Assembly: GCA_040386275.1 (NCBI GenBank)
Contig: JAZKFU010000003.1
Coordinates: forward strand, 46,554 to 110,553
Reading direction: 5' to 3'
Length of the DNA stretch: 64,000 nucleotides
Origin: Patescibacteria group bacterium
GTDB taxonomy: Bacteria > Patescibacteriota > Minisyncoccia > Phycocordibacterales > UBA918
Below are positions 9,493 to 18,493 of the stretch, piece by piece. The position numbers and the translations under genes were made by a program. The notes under the pieces are model-generated. The model was not told where the DNA came from. It was given only the letters and a program-made list of their open reading frames with translations, and did no database searches. Each line of letters opens with the position of its first letter. Within the stretch, counting starts at the first letter, position 1.

Positions 9493-10242
9493 ATGATAAT
9501 CCACCATACTGAAAAACATCGCTGGATTAAAGAAATTGACCCCTCAATATTCCCTGATTTTGGAAAAAATAATTCTAAGAAAATTCAATCCCTCCTCAAA
9601 GACATTTCCACTACGACCATTACCCATTCGTTTGAATTACTGACGACAGAGCATATTTCCTGGTTTGAAAAACTCTATAATGCTAATTTAGCAACGAAGC
9701 ACAACCCTCGTCCGTATGATGTATATGGGACAACCTTAGGGAAAGACATTATTATACATCCCTACCACATTTTAATCCTCTACGAAGCAGGAGTCCCAAT
9801 TGGTGGTACAATTTTCACATTACGAAAAGAACGCCTTTCGATGGTGTATCGTACCTACCCTTCTGACTGGTCTTTGCATTCATTCAAATGTTCACCCGCA
9901 CTCTACGCAGAGTATATTGCCACTGAACATGCCTTAGCGAACAAGCTACCGTTTTTAGTCCACGGTGTGGATTTAAACCCCTATGGAGTCCATTCAAATG
10001 TTGGGGTGGCAATTTTTAAATTATCGACTGGATGTCATCCCGAGATTAAACCTAGCTATTCGATTCACGAAACGGACCTCAACACACTGCCTTATAACTC
10101 TCTTATCCTTGAGGCTCCTGTAGCGGGGAATAAAATTATACAGGGGTATATAATTGGAAATGAAGAAACTGCTCAAAAATACGAACAACTATTTAAATAT
10201 AGTGATCAGCTACAGGTGACACTCTATACTCCCACTCTATGA
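9493..10242 (+). CDS. FemAB/BioF2-like GNAT-fold transferase domain protein, paralog 1
   Basis: Paralogous to 10239..10973 (HSFELLTTEHISWFEKLY vs YTIETLTRDHLAWFEPMY; VGVAIFKLSTGCHPE vs IGLAIFKISLGYKPY). The FK..G signature is reminiscent of FemAB-type peptidyl transferases. Divergent from the ATP-grasp gene, with a TTGATT-17-TATAAT-like promoter. Confidence 0.45.
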   Translation: MIIHHTEKHRWIKEIDPSIFPDFGKNNSKKIQSLLKDISTTTITHSFELLTTEHISWFEKLYNANLATKHNPRPYDVYGTTLGKDIIIHPYHILILYEAGVPIGGTIFTLRKERLSMVYRTYPSDWSLHSFKCSPALYAEYIATEHALANKLPFLVHGVDLNPYGVHSNVGVAIFKLSTGCHPEIKPSYSIHETDLNTLPYNSLILEAPVAGNKIIQGYIIGNEETAQKYEQLFKYSDQLQVTLYTPTL

Positions 10243-10973
10243 TAATTACTATTCCTGATAAAGTAAGTTGGCGAAAAACTATCGGCACCGATAGTTTTTC
10301 TCACTACAACAAAACCAACGCAAAACGTATCCTCAAAACGTTTACTCATCAAATGAGGGACGAGATTGCCTACACGATTGAAACACTTACTAGAGATCAT
10401 CTAGCTTGGTTTGAACCAATGTATGTTGCCAAAATTGCTCAAAAAGATAATCCTCAAATTATTAATCTCTATGAGACTACACTCAATAAAGTGAAGCGAG
10501 ATTTTAAAATTTTAATCATAACTGAAAGTGAGGTTAAATTAGGAGCTATTATTTTTTCAGAGAACGCTACCGAAGTAAATATTAGCTATAAAATTTTTGC
10601 CGACACCTGGAATATGAGCACTCTTCCAGCGGGTCCTTCATTGTATGCAGATTTTTTACTCACAGAACATGCAGCACGGTCACAAAAAATTACCATAAGC
10701 CATGGAAAAGATAGAAATGGTTATGGCATGACTTCAAGTATTGGTTTGGCTATATTTAAAATCTCTCTAGGATACAAACCCTATCTTCCAAAAAAATATG
10801 AGTTTATAAGTATGGATGACACCCAAATTACAAAAGATTCTTTATATTTTACGGTTACTTCTGAAGATTCTTCACTGGTAGGTAATTTATACACAACTAA
10901 AGACACACAGCACCAGTGGGAGCGATTAAACAGTTACAAGGATCAAGTAGTAATTAACTGGATTATCCGCTAA
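10239..10973 (+). CDS. FemAB/BioF2-like GNAT-fold transferase domain protein, paralog 2
   Basis: 4-nt ATGA overlap with the upstream paralog (operon). Same conserved blocks. Confidence 0.45.
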   Translation: MIITIPDKVSWRKTIGTDSFSHYNKTNAKRILKTFTHQMRDEIAYTIETLTRDHLAWFEPMYVAKIAQKDNPQIINLYETTLNKVKRDFKILIITESEVKLGAIIFSENATEVNISYKIFADTWNMSTLPAGPSLYADFLLTEHAARSQKITISHGKDRNGYGMTSSIGLAIFKISLGYKPYLPKKYEFISMDDTQITKDSLYFTVTSEDSSLVGNLYTTKDTQHQWERLNSYKDQVVINWIIR

Positions 10974-10983
10974 GCACATCGCT

Positions 10984-12318
10984 TTACGTTATTCCAATAG
11001 ACTGCAGAAAGTGAACATGTTGTTCATTAGTGGGATCAAATTTCCCCGCATCAATAGTAATGTCGGGTAAGGTATTATTTTTCACCGCCTCCCAATGACG
11101 CATATTTCCTTTCCGATATATTAAATCTTTGGTAAACACTACACCCGGAACCATACCTGAAGTCCCTCGAAATATTCGCACACATCGATTCCACGCCAGT
11201 TCTTTTGCATGTTCAATTGAGGTATTTTCCGTTATGAGAAAATAATCAGTCATCAGTGCATGAGTTTGAGAAAAATTTCGCGGATGAGCACCATCAGATC
11301 CAAGTGCCAAACCAATAGCCAAATATGCCTCTAACCCCGAATATCCTTGCAAAGATTGCGCTTGTTGCTCACGATAGGTTGCTAGTCCTTCTTCACCTTG
11401 CTCATACTGATGTAATCCCACTCCTAATAATTTTAATACGGAACGTTCCCCCCGTATCTTACGAACGACGTGCGTTCCAATTTCATGAGCAATCAGTCCC
11501 CGCACTCGTGCTTCTGTTAACCGTTTACGTTTACTTCGTTTAATTAATTGTTCACTACTTGGTAAATAAATTTTCTGTAAATTATAAGAAACAGAAACAG
11601 TCGAACGAGCACCTTTACTATCGACTACTACACTCCAGCTGTCGTCTATACCATACTCTTTAAATCCTTCCTCAAAAATATTTTTAAGGAGGCCTGCATC
11701 AGTAACCGCAGGTGTTCGAGACACTACAATTCGCGGAGTCACTTCAAGACTTACGAAATGAGGATGTGACTTTTTATAAAATGAAAATAAAGCTTTTAAT
11801 CGTTCTACAGATGGTGTATGTTCGTTATTAAAATTTGGTTTAGCTATCATTCTATTAATTTCTCGCTCAGCTGTCTGCATCACTTTTAAAAAAATGTCGG
11901 CATCAACAGTACCATACAGTTGCTTTGAATACTCGAGAAATAAACGCATGCTCATTTCTGGATTAACATCTCGACCCAGGGCCTGTGTTTGACGAAGTAA
12001 TTTGATTTTAGATAATCGTTCTTCTATAGCTAGATGGTATTGCTCTTTAATTACCTGAGGCAATTCATCATCGTGAGCAAGATCTTTATGGAGCTCATGG
12101 AGCAAACCCTCTGGTTTGTCATAATTATTACGATTATTTTTAGTATACGTAAAAATTGGGTGTGGGATTTCACCTCGCAAAAATATTTCCTTACCTTTTG
12201 TAAGACAATACAAGTCCGGTCGAATACTACTTAACACTGAAACTTTTGCGTGTTGATATTTTTTAAATATTTTTTCGTCAAACGCTTCGTTATCAAAGGT
12301 ATTGCCCGTATCACGCAT
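10984..12318 (-). CDS. Zincin-like metallopeptidase-fold protein (HExxH; DUF1704/QEGLA-family-like)
   Basis: LIAHEIGTHVVR HExxH motif and downstream EQGEEGLATY, resembling the QEGLA motif of DUF1704 proteins that accompany ATP-grasp ligases. Confidence 0.45.
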   Translation of the reverse strand: MRDTGNTFDNEAFDEKIFKKYQHAKVSVLSSIRPDLYCLTKGKEIFLRGEIPHPIFTYTKNNRNNYDKPEGLLHELHKDLAHDDELPQVIKEQYHLAIEERLSKIKLLRQTQALGRDVNPEMSMRLFLEYSKQLYGTVDADIFLKVMQTAEREINRMIAKPNFNNEHTPSVERLKALFSFYKKSHPHFVSLEVTPRIVVSRTPAVTDAGLLKNIFEEGFKEYGIDDSWSVVVDSKGARSTVSVSYNLQKIYLPSSEQLIKRSKRKRLTEARVRGLIAHEIGTHVVRKIRGERSVLKLLGVGLHQYEQGEEGLATYREQQAQSLQGYSGLEAYLAIGLALGSDGAHPRNFSQTHALMTDYFLITENTSIEHAKELAWNRCVRIFRGTSGMVPGVVFTKDLIYRKGNMRHWEAVKNNTLPDITIDAGKFDPTNEQHVHFLQSIGIT

Positions 12319-12323
12319 AGACG

Positions 12324-13046
12324 TTAAATCCCAAACTGTACAGCGGGAGCACTTGAACTAGCTGAACCTGTTGCCTGTCCTTCTACTGGTATCATTTGCA
12401 ATTCTTCTTGGGGGAGATTGAAATTAATTTGTGGATTCACGGCGACGGCAATTTGCGCTTTAAAGTCATCGTATGAGGACACTTCCATCTTGGTCCCATT
12501 AAGGTAAAACGATGGTGTGCCGGTTAACCCTAAATCTCGAGCTTCATACATGTTTGTTTTTATATTGTCCTGGAGCAGGCTTGATTTTTGGTGTTGGGCG
12601 AATTTTTCCAAATCAAGCTCAAGTTCTTCAGCATACTTTTTAAAGAAACCAGTTGGGTTTGTTGATTTAGACCATTCATCTTGACCGGCAAATAGTTTAT
12701 CGGCATATTCGAAGAACTTTCCTTGTTGCCCAGCCGCTTCAGCAGCGCGTGCGGCCGGTTCGGCAAACGGATGGATTTGCACTAACGGATAGTGTTTGTA
12801 TTCAAATTTAACTGAGTCACCAAATTCTGTCATCACTTCATTTACCACCGGTTGGAACGCTCCACAGGCTGGACACTGAAAATCACTGTACTCCACGAGT
12901 GTGACCGTCGCGTTTTCATTACCTTTAATATGGCTTTGCACTGTTACTCCTTCATTGGCTTTTTCTGACACACTTGATGAATACCAGATTGCTCCCCCAA
13001 TCAACACAAACATAATCACCGCAATTACTACCCATGGATTTTTCAT
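12324..13046 (-). CDS. DsbA-like thioredoxin-fold thiol:disulfide oxidoreductase (membrane anchored)
   Basis: FQCPACGAF CxxC motif in a thioredoxin-like context with an N-terminal TM anchor. Start chosen at MKNPWVV. Confidence 0.8.
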   Translation of the reverse strand: MKNPWVVIAVIMFVLIGGAIWYSSSVSEKANEGVTVQSHIKGNENATVTLVEYSDFQCPACGAFQPVVNEVMTEFGDSVKFEYKHYPLVQIHPFAEPAARAAEAAGQQGKFFEYADKLFAGQDEWSKSTNPTGFFKKYAEELELDLEKFAQHQKSSLLQDNIKTNMYEARDLGLTGTPSFYLNGTKMEVSSYDDFKAQIAVAVNPQINFNLPQEELQMIPVEGQATGSASSSAPAVQFGI

Positions 13047-13142
13047 ATCGCATATTGTAACAAATAAATTCAATTGATTGGAAACTTTTCACCTTGTAAA
13101 ATATGGATTTTTATGCTGTAATGTAAATTCATTTTAAAAACT

Positions 13143-13883
13143 GTGGCAAAACGACCCTTCATACGAAAACAAAAAAAGAAAACTCACGGGACTACGTTTT
13201 GGGATAACGAGTATAAAAATGCTGACCACCTCAAACTCTCTACTGATCACAGTGAGGATCTCGAAAAGTTCACCCGATATATCATCCGTCAAAAACGGGG
13301 AGATATATTAGCAGTGGGCGCCTCGGTCCTTGATGTTGGGTGTGGTAATGGACGTAACTTAATTTTCTTAGCACGCGAGTTTGGGATGAAAGGAGTTGGC
13401 TACGACATCAGTGCCCAAGCCATCGAACAAGCCAAGCAGGCCTCAACGCAATTTGATCTCACCTACGAGGCCCGCAGTATTGCTGGCTTACTCACCGTAC
13501 CAGATAACTCGCAGAGTCTGGTGCTCGACATGATGACCTCACACTTTTTAAATAAAAAAGAGCGCGAGTTTTTACGCGATGAAATATTTCGTGTCCTCGT
13601 ACCAGGCGGGTTTATGTTTATGAAAACCTTCCTCGCCGACGAAGACCTCCACACCAGACGACTCCTGCGTGATTTCCCCGGCAAAGAAGCCGGCGCCTAC
13701 GTCCACCCCGTTATCGGAGTAGATGAATATGTCTACTCTGAAGAAGTGTTAACCGATTTCCTCGCCGAAAAGTTTATCGTCCATAAAATCTACAAATCCC
13801 ACCGCCATGTGTTGAAGGGAAAGGCGAGAAAGCGACGGACTGTATCCATATACGTAGAAAAAGACTACCAAACGGACAGGTAA
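13143..13883 (+). CDS. Class I SAM-dependent methyltransferase
   Basis: LDVGCGNGRN glycine-rich motif I, and acidic motif II (GYDIS). Confidence 0.8.
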   Translation: MAKRPFIRKQKKKTHGTTFWDNEYKNADHLKLSTDHSEDLEKFTRYIIRQKRGDILAVGASVLDVGCGNGRNLIFLAREFGMKGVGYDISAQAIEQAKQASTQFDLTYEARSIAGLLTVPDNSQSLVLDMMTSHFLNKKEREFLRDEIFRVLVPGGFMFMKTFLADEDLHTRRLLRDFPGKEAGAYVHPVIGVDEYVYSEEVLTDFLAEKFIVHKIYKSHRHVLKGKARKRRTVSIYVEKDYQTDR

Positions 13884-13926
13884 AAATAGCATATCCCGTT
13901 GTCGTTGTTCATAAAATAAATTTCAA

Positions 13927-13950
13927 CGTACAAAAAAGTACGTCTCAAAT
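13927..13950 (+). terminator. Rho-independent terminator candidate (ACGTAC-aaaaaa-GTACGT + T-run)
   Basis: Perfect 6-bp hairpin followed by ctcaaattatttt, 45 nt after the methyltransferase stop. Confidence 0.45.
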
Positions 13951-14112
13951 TATTTTATTCCATCTCCTAGGGCTATATCTATTTTTCACTGTCCTAACTA
14001 ATTCTCTTAGATTTATCAAACATTCCTTGCGCGCCTAGGACTAAATCTATTTTTGACAATCCTTCCTTTTCAGAGAGAGTTTAGATTTTATTGAGCTGCT
14101 AGATTACATTAT

Positions 14113-14156
14113 AAAAATACCAAGTAGGAGGTTTTGTCTCTTACTTGGTATTTTGT
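14113..14156. terminator. Bidirectional terminator hairpin (TACCAAGTA...TACTTGGTA flanked by A/T runs)
   Basis: aaaataccaagtaggaggttttgtctcttacttggtatttt lies between convergent genes. Confidence 0.5.
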
Positions 14157-14175
14157 GGTGTAATTTTGCGTAATG

Positions 14176-14445
14176 TTACTGAGAAAACATTTCTTCGTCG
14201 GGGGTTGGAAATTCCATACCTACGTCACTGTGACCGGTTACTGAACTTGAGGCGGTGAGAGGGTCAACGGGTGGGTTACTGGTTGGCGGGGTGTAACCTT
14301 CTCGTGGTTCTCCTTCTGCTGGCGCGGTTGGGATTGGAGTTACCGGTGGTTCTACCACTACTTCAGTTTTTGGATTACTAATCAGATACACGTAGTAACC
14401 TAAGGCCACAATAATCAACGATTGAATAATGATAATAAGTTTCAT
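14176..14445 (-). CDS. Small proline-rich secreted/membrane-anchored protein, hypothetical
   Basis: 89 aa; N-terminal TM helix then a P/T-rich segment. Confidence 0.4.
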   Translation of the reverse strand: MKLIIIIQSLIIVALGYYVYLISNPKTEVVVEPPVTPIPTAPAEGEPREGYTPPTSNPPVDPLTASSSVTGHSDVGMEFPTPDEEMFSQ

Positions 14446-14490
14446 ATGCCCTATTATACCCTGCTTCTTAAAGCTAACTGTATTAATTCA

Positions 14491-14730
14491 CTATTTCCCC
14501 GCTTGTTTTTGTTGTCTTTTTATTGTTTGAAGATACAGTTTTTCTACTTTTTCCCGAGCCCACGGTGTTTTGCGTAAAAATACCAGACTAGAATTAAGGC
14601 TCGGCTTATCAATAAAACAATTAATGGCAATCTTCTCCCCCAACTTCGGAAACCCATACTCAGCAATTAAAAATTCCAAAATTGCCTTCAAAGTAACCCC
14701 ATGCAACGGATTTTTCGGCTGTTCATTCAT
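14491..14730 (-). CDS. VF530/DUF2132-family small protein (putative DNA-binding four-helix protein)
   Basis: NPLHGVTLKAILEFLIAEYGF...SLVFLRKTPWAREKVEKLYL resembles the conserved core of VF530 (DUF2132) proteins. Confidence 0.5.
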   Translation of the reverse strand: MNEQPKNPLHGVTLKAILEFLIAEYGFPKLGEKIAINCFIDKPSLNSSLVFLRKTPWAREKVEKLYLQTIKRQQKQAGK

Positions 14731-14849
14731 AAATTTATAGGTGTAAGTATACTACCACTAAATTATTATTTTTTTATTTTTCTAAAATAAGTTATGTTCA
14801 CTCAAACGTTTTCCTAAATTATATGCAATCTTTTAATTTACCGGTAGGG

Positions 14850-15085
14850 TTTCATAAACGAGTACAGTTCTAGGTGAGAAGTGACTCAATGTCACTTCGC
14901 AAGACTCATTGAGGGATTTTGCAAAAATAACCAATGAGTGGACAGCTTCTGTAAGAAGCGAAAGGACAAAGACGGCAGCTGGTCCAGCGATTTTCCCAAG
15001 GGAAGAAAAAATCGGGACAGAAATTCAGAATTGTCGCTACACTCTGTTCTTCATTCCACAACGAAATGTGCCGTTTCTGGAAGCC
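14850..15085 (+). repeat. MITE-like intergenic repeat, copy C (long form) containing an inverted hairpin core
   Basis: Near-identical to copy B over ~110 bp. Right end caacgaaatgtgccgtttctggaag matches copies D/E. ORFs 14909..15142 and 14938..15168 inside it are judged spurious. Confidence 0.75.
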
Positions 15086-15094
15086 GTCTCCCTT

Positions 15095-16360
15095 TTAGAT
15101 ATTTCTGCCCGCGACGGCGCCCGTCGACCACGACAACTGTAAACTATACCCCCCTGACGGTCGATTAATATTTAAAACATCTCCGACCACATACAACCCG
15201 GGTACGAGTTTTGACTCCATGGTTTTAAAATTTATCTCGCGTAAATCTACTCCGCCTGCGGTGGCCACTGCTTTATCTGAACCAAGCAAACCGGTAACGG
15301 TTAAAGGGAGCGCTTTGATGGTGACGCCAATTCGTTTTCGGTTACTGGCCGAGACACTATGAACGGGAGTTTCTCCATCTATATCGAGCGAGTTTAGCAG
15401 TGGTATAACGAGAGCAGTTTTAATCATCTCACTTAAAACATTTTTTAGTTTTTTATTAGGAGTCTCAGTAAATTTACTGAGCAACACTTCCTGCACTACA
15501 CTCGCGTCGATTTCAGGAACCAAATCAATTTTTATTGTCACTTCGCCTTCTACGAGTACGTCTCCGATGAGTTTGCTTTGATTTAAAATAAGCGGGCCTG
15601 ATAGTCCAACATGGGTGAATAATAGTTTACCCGTAGCTTTTTGTCGCTTCACACCATTGCAATATATCGATATCGAAGCATCGGGAATACTCACTCCCCC
15701 TAATGTTTTAGTCCAACTTTCCTTAACGGCGACCGGCACGAGCGTATCGTTACCTTTGTGAATGGTGTGCCCTAGTTTCTGCAACCAAACATACCCATCC
15801 CCCGTTGAACCTGTTTCTGGTCGGGCTGTCCCGCCGGTTGCTACTATTACTGACTGAGCCCGTACCTCACTGTATGGAACTAGTGTAATTACAAATTCAG
15901 TAGTGGATTTTGTAATAGCCACTACTCTTTTACCGGTCTGTACGGTTACCTTTTGGTTTTTTAACTCATTTTCTAATACTAAAAATACTGATTCCGCTTT
16001 TTGGGTGTGCGGAAACAAACGACCTTCATTTTCTTCAATAAACGATAAATCGCGTTCAGCAAAAAAAGTAATCGTGTCGGTCACTCCGTACTGCATAAAG
16101 GTCGAGAACAAAAATTTTCCCGCTTCTTTGTACTGGCTGAGCATCTCTCGCACGACGGGTTTATTATTGGTGACGTTACACCGTCCCCCGCCAGTAATCA
16201 AAAGCTTTTTCCCGAGTCCAGGATTTTTTTCAATAAGTAGTACCCGCTTGCCACGCTTACCCGCTTCAATGGCAGCCATCATCCCTGCCGGTCCGCCACC
16301 AATAACCACGACATCAAAGATATCGATACTGAAGTTTTGTTGAGTACGAGGCTTGGCCAT
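15095..16360 (-). CDS. HI0933/YhiN-family NAD(P)/FAD-binding flavoprotein (aminoacetone oxidase family)
   Basis: DVVVIGGGPAGMMAAIEA Rossmann dinucleotide motif. Length and central GGGRCNVTN match HI0933-like proteins. Confidence 0.85.
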   Translation of the reverse strand: MAKPRTQQNFSIDIFDVVVIGGGPAGMMAAIEAGKRGKRVLLIEKNPGLGKKLLITGGGRCNVTNNKPVVREMLSQYKEAGKFLFSTFMQYGVTDTITFFAERDLSFIEENEGRLFPHTQKAESVFLVLENELKNQKVTVQTGKRVVAITKSTTEFVITLVPYSEVRAQSVIVATGGTARPETGSTGDGYVWLQKLGHTIHKGNDTLVPVAVKESWTKTLGGVSIPDASISIYCNGVKRQKATGKLLFTHVGLSGPLILNQSKLIGDVLVEGEVTIKIDLVPEIDASVVQEVLLSKFTETPNKKLKNVLSEMIKTALVIPLLNSLDIDGETPVHSVSASNRKRIGVTIKALPLTVTGLLGSDKAVATAGGVDLREINFKTMESKLVPGLYVVGDVLNINRPSGGYSLQLSWSTGAVAGRNI

Positions 16361-16362
16361 AC

Positions 16363-18264
16363 TTAATACGACAAACCAGCATACCGCGGGAATAATACTG
16401 GCGTACCATCAGCCGTAATCCCGTTTACGTCAATGGGTAATTGCTCGGCTGTTTTAGGCCACGGTAGGGGCAAGGTGCCCATAAATAGTTTGTCACCAAA
16501 CAACACATCACTCACGCCCGCTCCTTCACTGCCCGGGAGCCACGCTGCCACGAGCGCGTCCCACGAATCTACTTCGTTACTAATTAACAGAGGTCGACCG
16601 GACACAATGATGACCACAACCTGATTACTATTAGCTTGCAAATTTTGAATAGTTTTCAAATCTTCATTAGATAAAATGGGGTACTCTCGATCACCCCAGC
16701 CTTCGGCATACGGCACTTCTCCGACCACTGCAATACCCACGTCGGCTTTTTGGCCAGCAGTTTTGTATTCCCCCATCAAACTGTATTCAAGAATAGTTTG
16801 CGGTGACACAGCGTCCTTAATGCCCTGCAAGATTGAGGTACCCGGGGTAAGGACGTTACCATCGACACCCTGCCACTCTACCGTCCAGGCACCAGATTGC
16901 CTTCCAACATTATCAGCCGCACTGCCGGCTACACGAATATGACGCGTGGTTTTAGATAGGGGTAATACATCGTTAGTGTTTTTTAGTAACACCAGTGATT
17001 GTGCCACCGCGGTTCGAGCGAGCGCTTGATCAGACGCAAGCGATGGCACTACTGCCTCTCTTGAATCAATACCGTCAAACATCCCAAGAGCAAATTTAGC
17101 GCGCATGATTCTCGTGACTGCATCATCAATGCGAGCGGTAGAAATTAGTCCAAACCGATGCGCCCACGTCACATGTTTTATAAACGTTTTGTAATCAAAC
17201 GGCAACATCACCATATCCACTCCTGCATTAATGGCGCGAGTGCTCGCTATAAATTTATTCAACACTCCTTCATAGACACCATACCAGTCAGAAACCACAA
17301 ATCCCATAAATCCAAGCTCTGTTTTCAATTCCCCCGTCAGGATGGATTTATTTCGAATCAGTCGATTATTGCCCCACTCGTTTAAACCAACCATAACCGA
17401 CAACGCACCTGCGTTGATGGCGGATTTAAATGGTGGCAGATATTGTTTTTCTAAATGTTCGATATCGTCATTGGTTTTCCCTTGATCAATAGAAAAATTT
17501 TTGTTGGTTGAGGTCTTCCATTGCATTGCCCCCACGCCTACAAAGTGTTTGAGTGTAGCAAGCACCGGCATCGTTTCGCTGTTGGCTTGCGGATAGGTTT
17601 GTAAGCCTTCGACATAGGCACTCCCTAAGCGTGCTGCTAAGAGTGGGTCATCTGAATACGCTTCGTACACCCGTCCCCAACGAATATCACGCGGCAAATC
17701 TAAATTTGGAGCATAATTCCAATTGGCACCCACCATTTGTAAATCACGAGCGGTCACCTGAGCTATTTGTTTCACTAAGGTGGCGTCTCCAGTTGCTCCT
17801 AAGGCAATTTGATGGGGGAACACTACGGTCCCTGGCAATAATGCGTGCCCGTGCACCGCATCAACTCCGTAGAGAATTGGAATTTTTAAACGATTGGACT
17901 GAGCCTGAGTTTGAAACGATTCAATCATCGTGCGCCAGCCGTCGGCAGTATTTTGTTCCGGCTTGGCTCCCGCACCACTTAATACTGCCCCTAATCCGTA
18001 GGTAGCAATATCAGAAGGATTGGTCAAGCTGTTTTTTTCAACCAGCGCCATCTGGCCAATTTTTTCCTTTAGCGTCATCTGTGCCACTAAATCCTGTATT
18101 CGTGTTTCAACCGGAAGACTAGTATCCAGATATTTTGTACTCAACGGTGGGACATTATTTTCTAACATACTATTTCGAACCACAAATAACCCCATAATCA
18201 CTACCGCCCCTCCAATCAATAACAGTAAGGTACGCCACACCCCGAACGACAATAAGGACTTCAT
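16363..18264 (-). CDS. Glycoside hydrolase family 3 beta-glucosidase (BglX-like), N-terminal TM anchor
   Basis: GFVVSDW nucleophile motif and the GH3 N- and C-terminal domain layout; 633 aa. Confidence 0.9.
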   Translation of the reverse strand: MKSLLSFGVWRTLLLLIGGAVVIMGLFVVRNSMLENNVPPLSTKYLDTSLPVETRIQDLVAQMTLKEKIGQMALVEKNSLTNPSDIATYGLGAVLSGAGAKPEQNTADGWRTMIESFQTQAQSNRLKIPILYGVDAVHGHALLPGTVVFPHQIALGATGDATLVKQIAQVTARDLQMVGANWNYAPNLDLPRDIRWGRVYEAYSDDPLLAARLGSAYVEGLQTYPQANSETMPVLATLKHFVGVGAMQWKTSTNKNFSIDQGKTNDDIEHLEKQYLPPFKSAINAGALSVMVGLNEWGNNRLIRNKSILTGELKTELGFMGFVVSDWYGVYEGVLNKFIASTRAINAGVDMVMLPFDYKTFIKHVTWAHRFGLISTARIDDAVTRIMRAKFALGMFDGIDSREAVVPSLASDQALARTAVAQSLVLLKNTNDVLPLSKTTRHIRVAGSAADNVGRQSGAWTVEWQGVDGNVLTPGTSILQGIKDAVSPQTILEYSLMGEYKTAGQKADVGIAVVGEVPYAEGWGDREYPILSNEDLKTIQNLQANSNQVVVIIVSGRPLLISNEVDSWDALVAAWLPGSEGAGVSDVLFGDKLFMGTLPLPWPKTAEQLPIDVNGITADGTPVLFPRYAGLSY

Positions 18265-18339
18265 AATCCCCAGTATACCATCCCTCGCCCCATCTAAACT
18301 ATTTTATAAATTTATTTATTCTCCCTCAGCAAGGGTAGA

Positions 18340-18488
18340 TTTCAGAAACGTCGTGATTAAAATTTCATATAGGGTCATTAAAATGAGTAGGATTCTAGGC
18401 GCTCAAATGAAATGGTGCGAGCCGTACTTCTTGTACGGTGAGTATCATTTCGTGCAGAGCAACAACGAAGCCTGCCATTTTTATGGCC
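18340..18488 (+). repeat. MITE-like intergenic repeat, copy E (~150 bp)
   Basis: Left end tttcagaaacg, ttctaggcgc, hairpin CCGTAC-TTCTT-GTACGG, right end agcaacaacgaagcctgccattttt. Lies between the GH3 start and the P-type ATPase stop. Confidence 0.65.
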
Positions 18489-18493
18489 CTCAC

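Noticed and set aside
14909-15168. ORFs 14909..15142 and 14938..15168 (77 and 76 aa)
   Set aside because: They lie entirely inside repeat copy C, which is ~90% identical to the non-coding copy at 5155-5380. They have no RBS and a R/S/P-rich composition.
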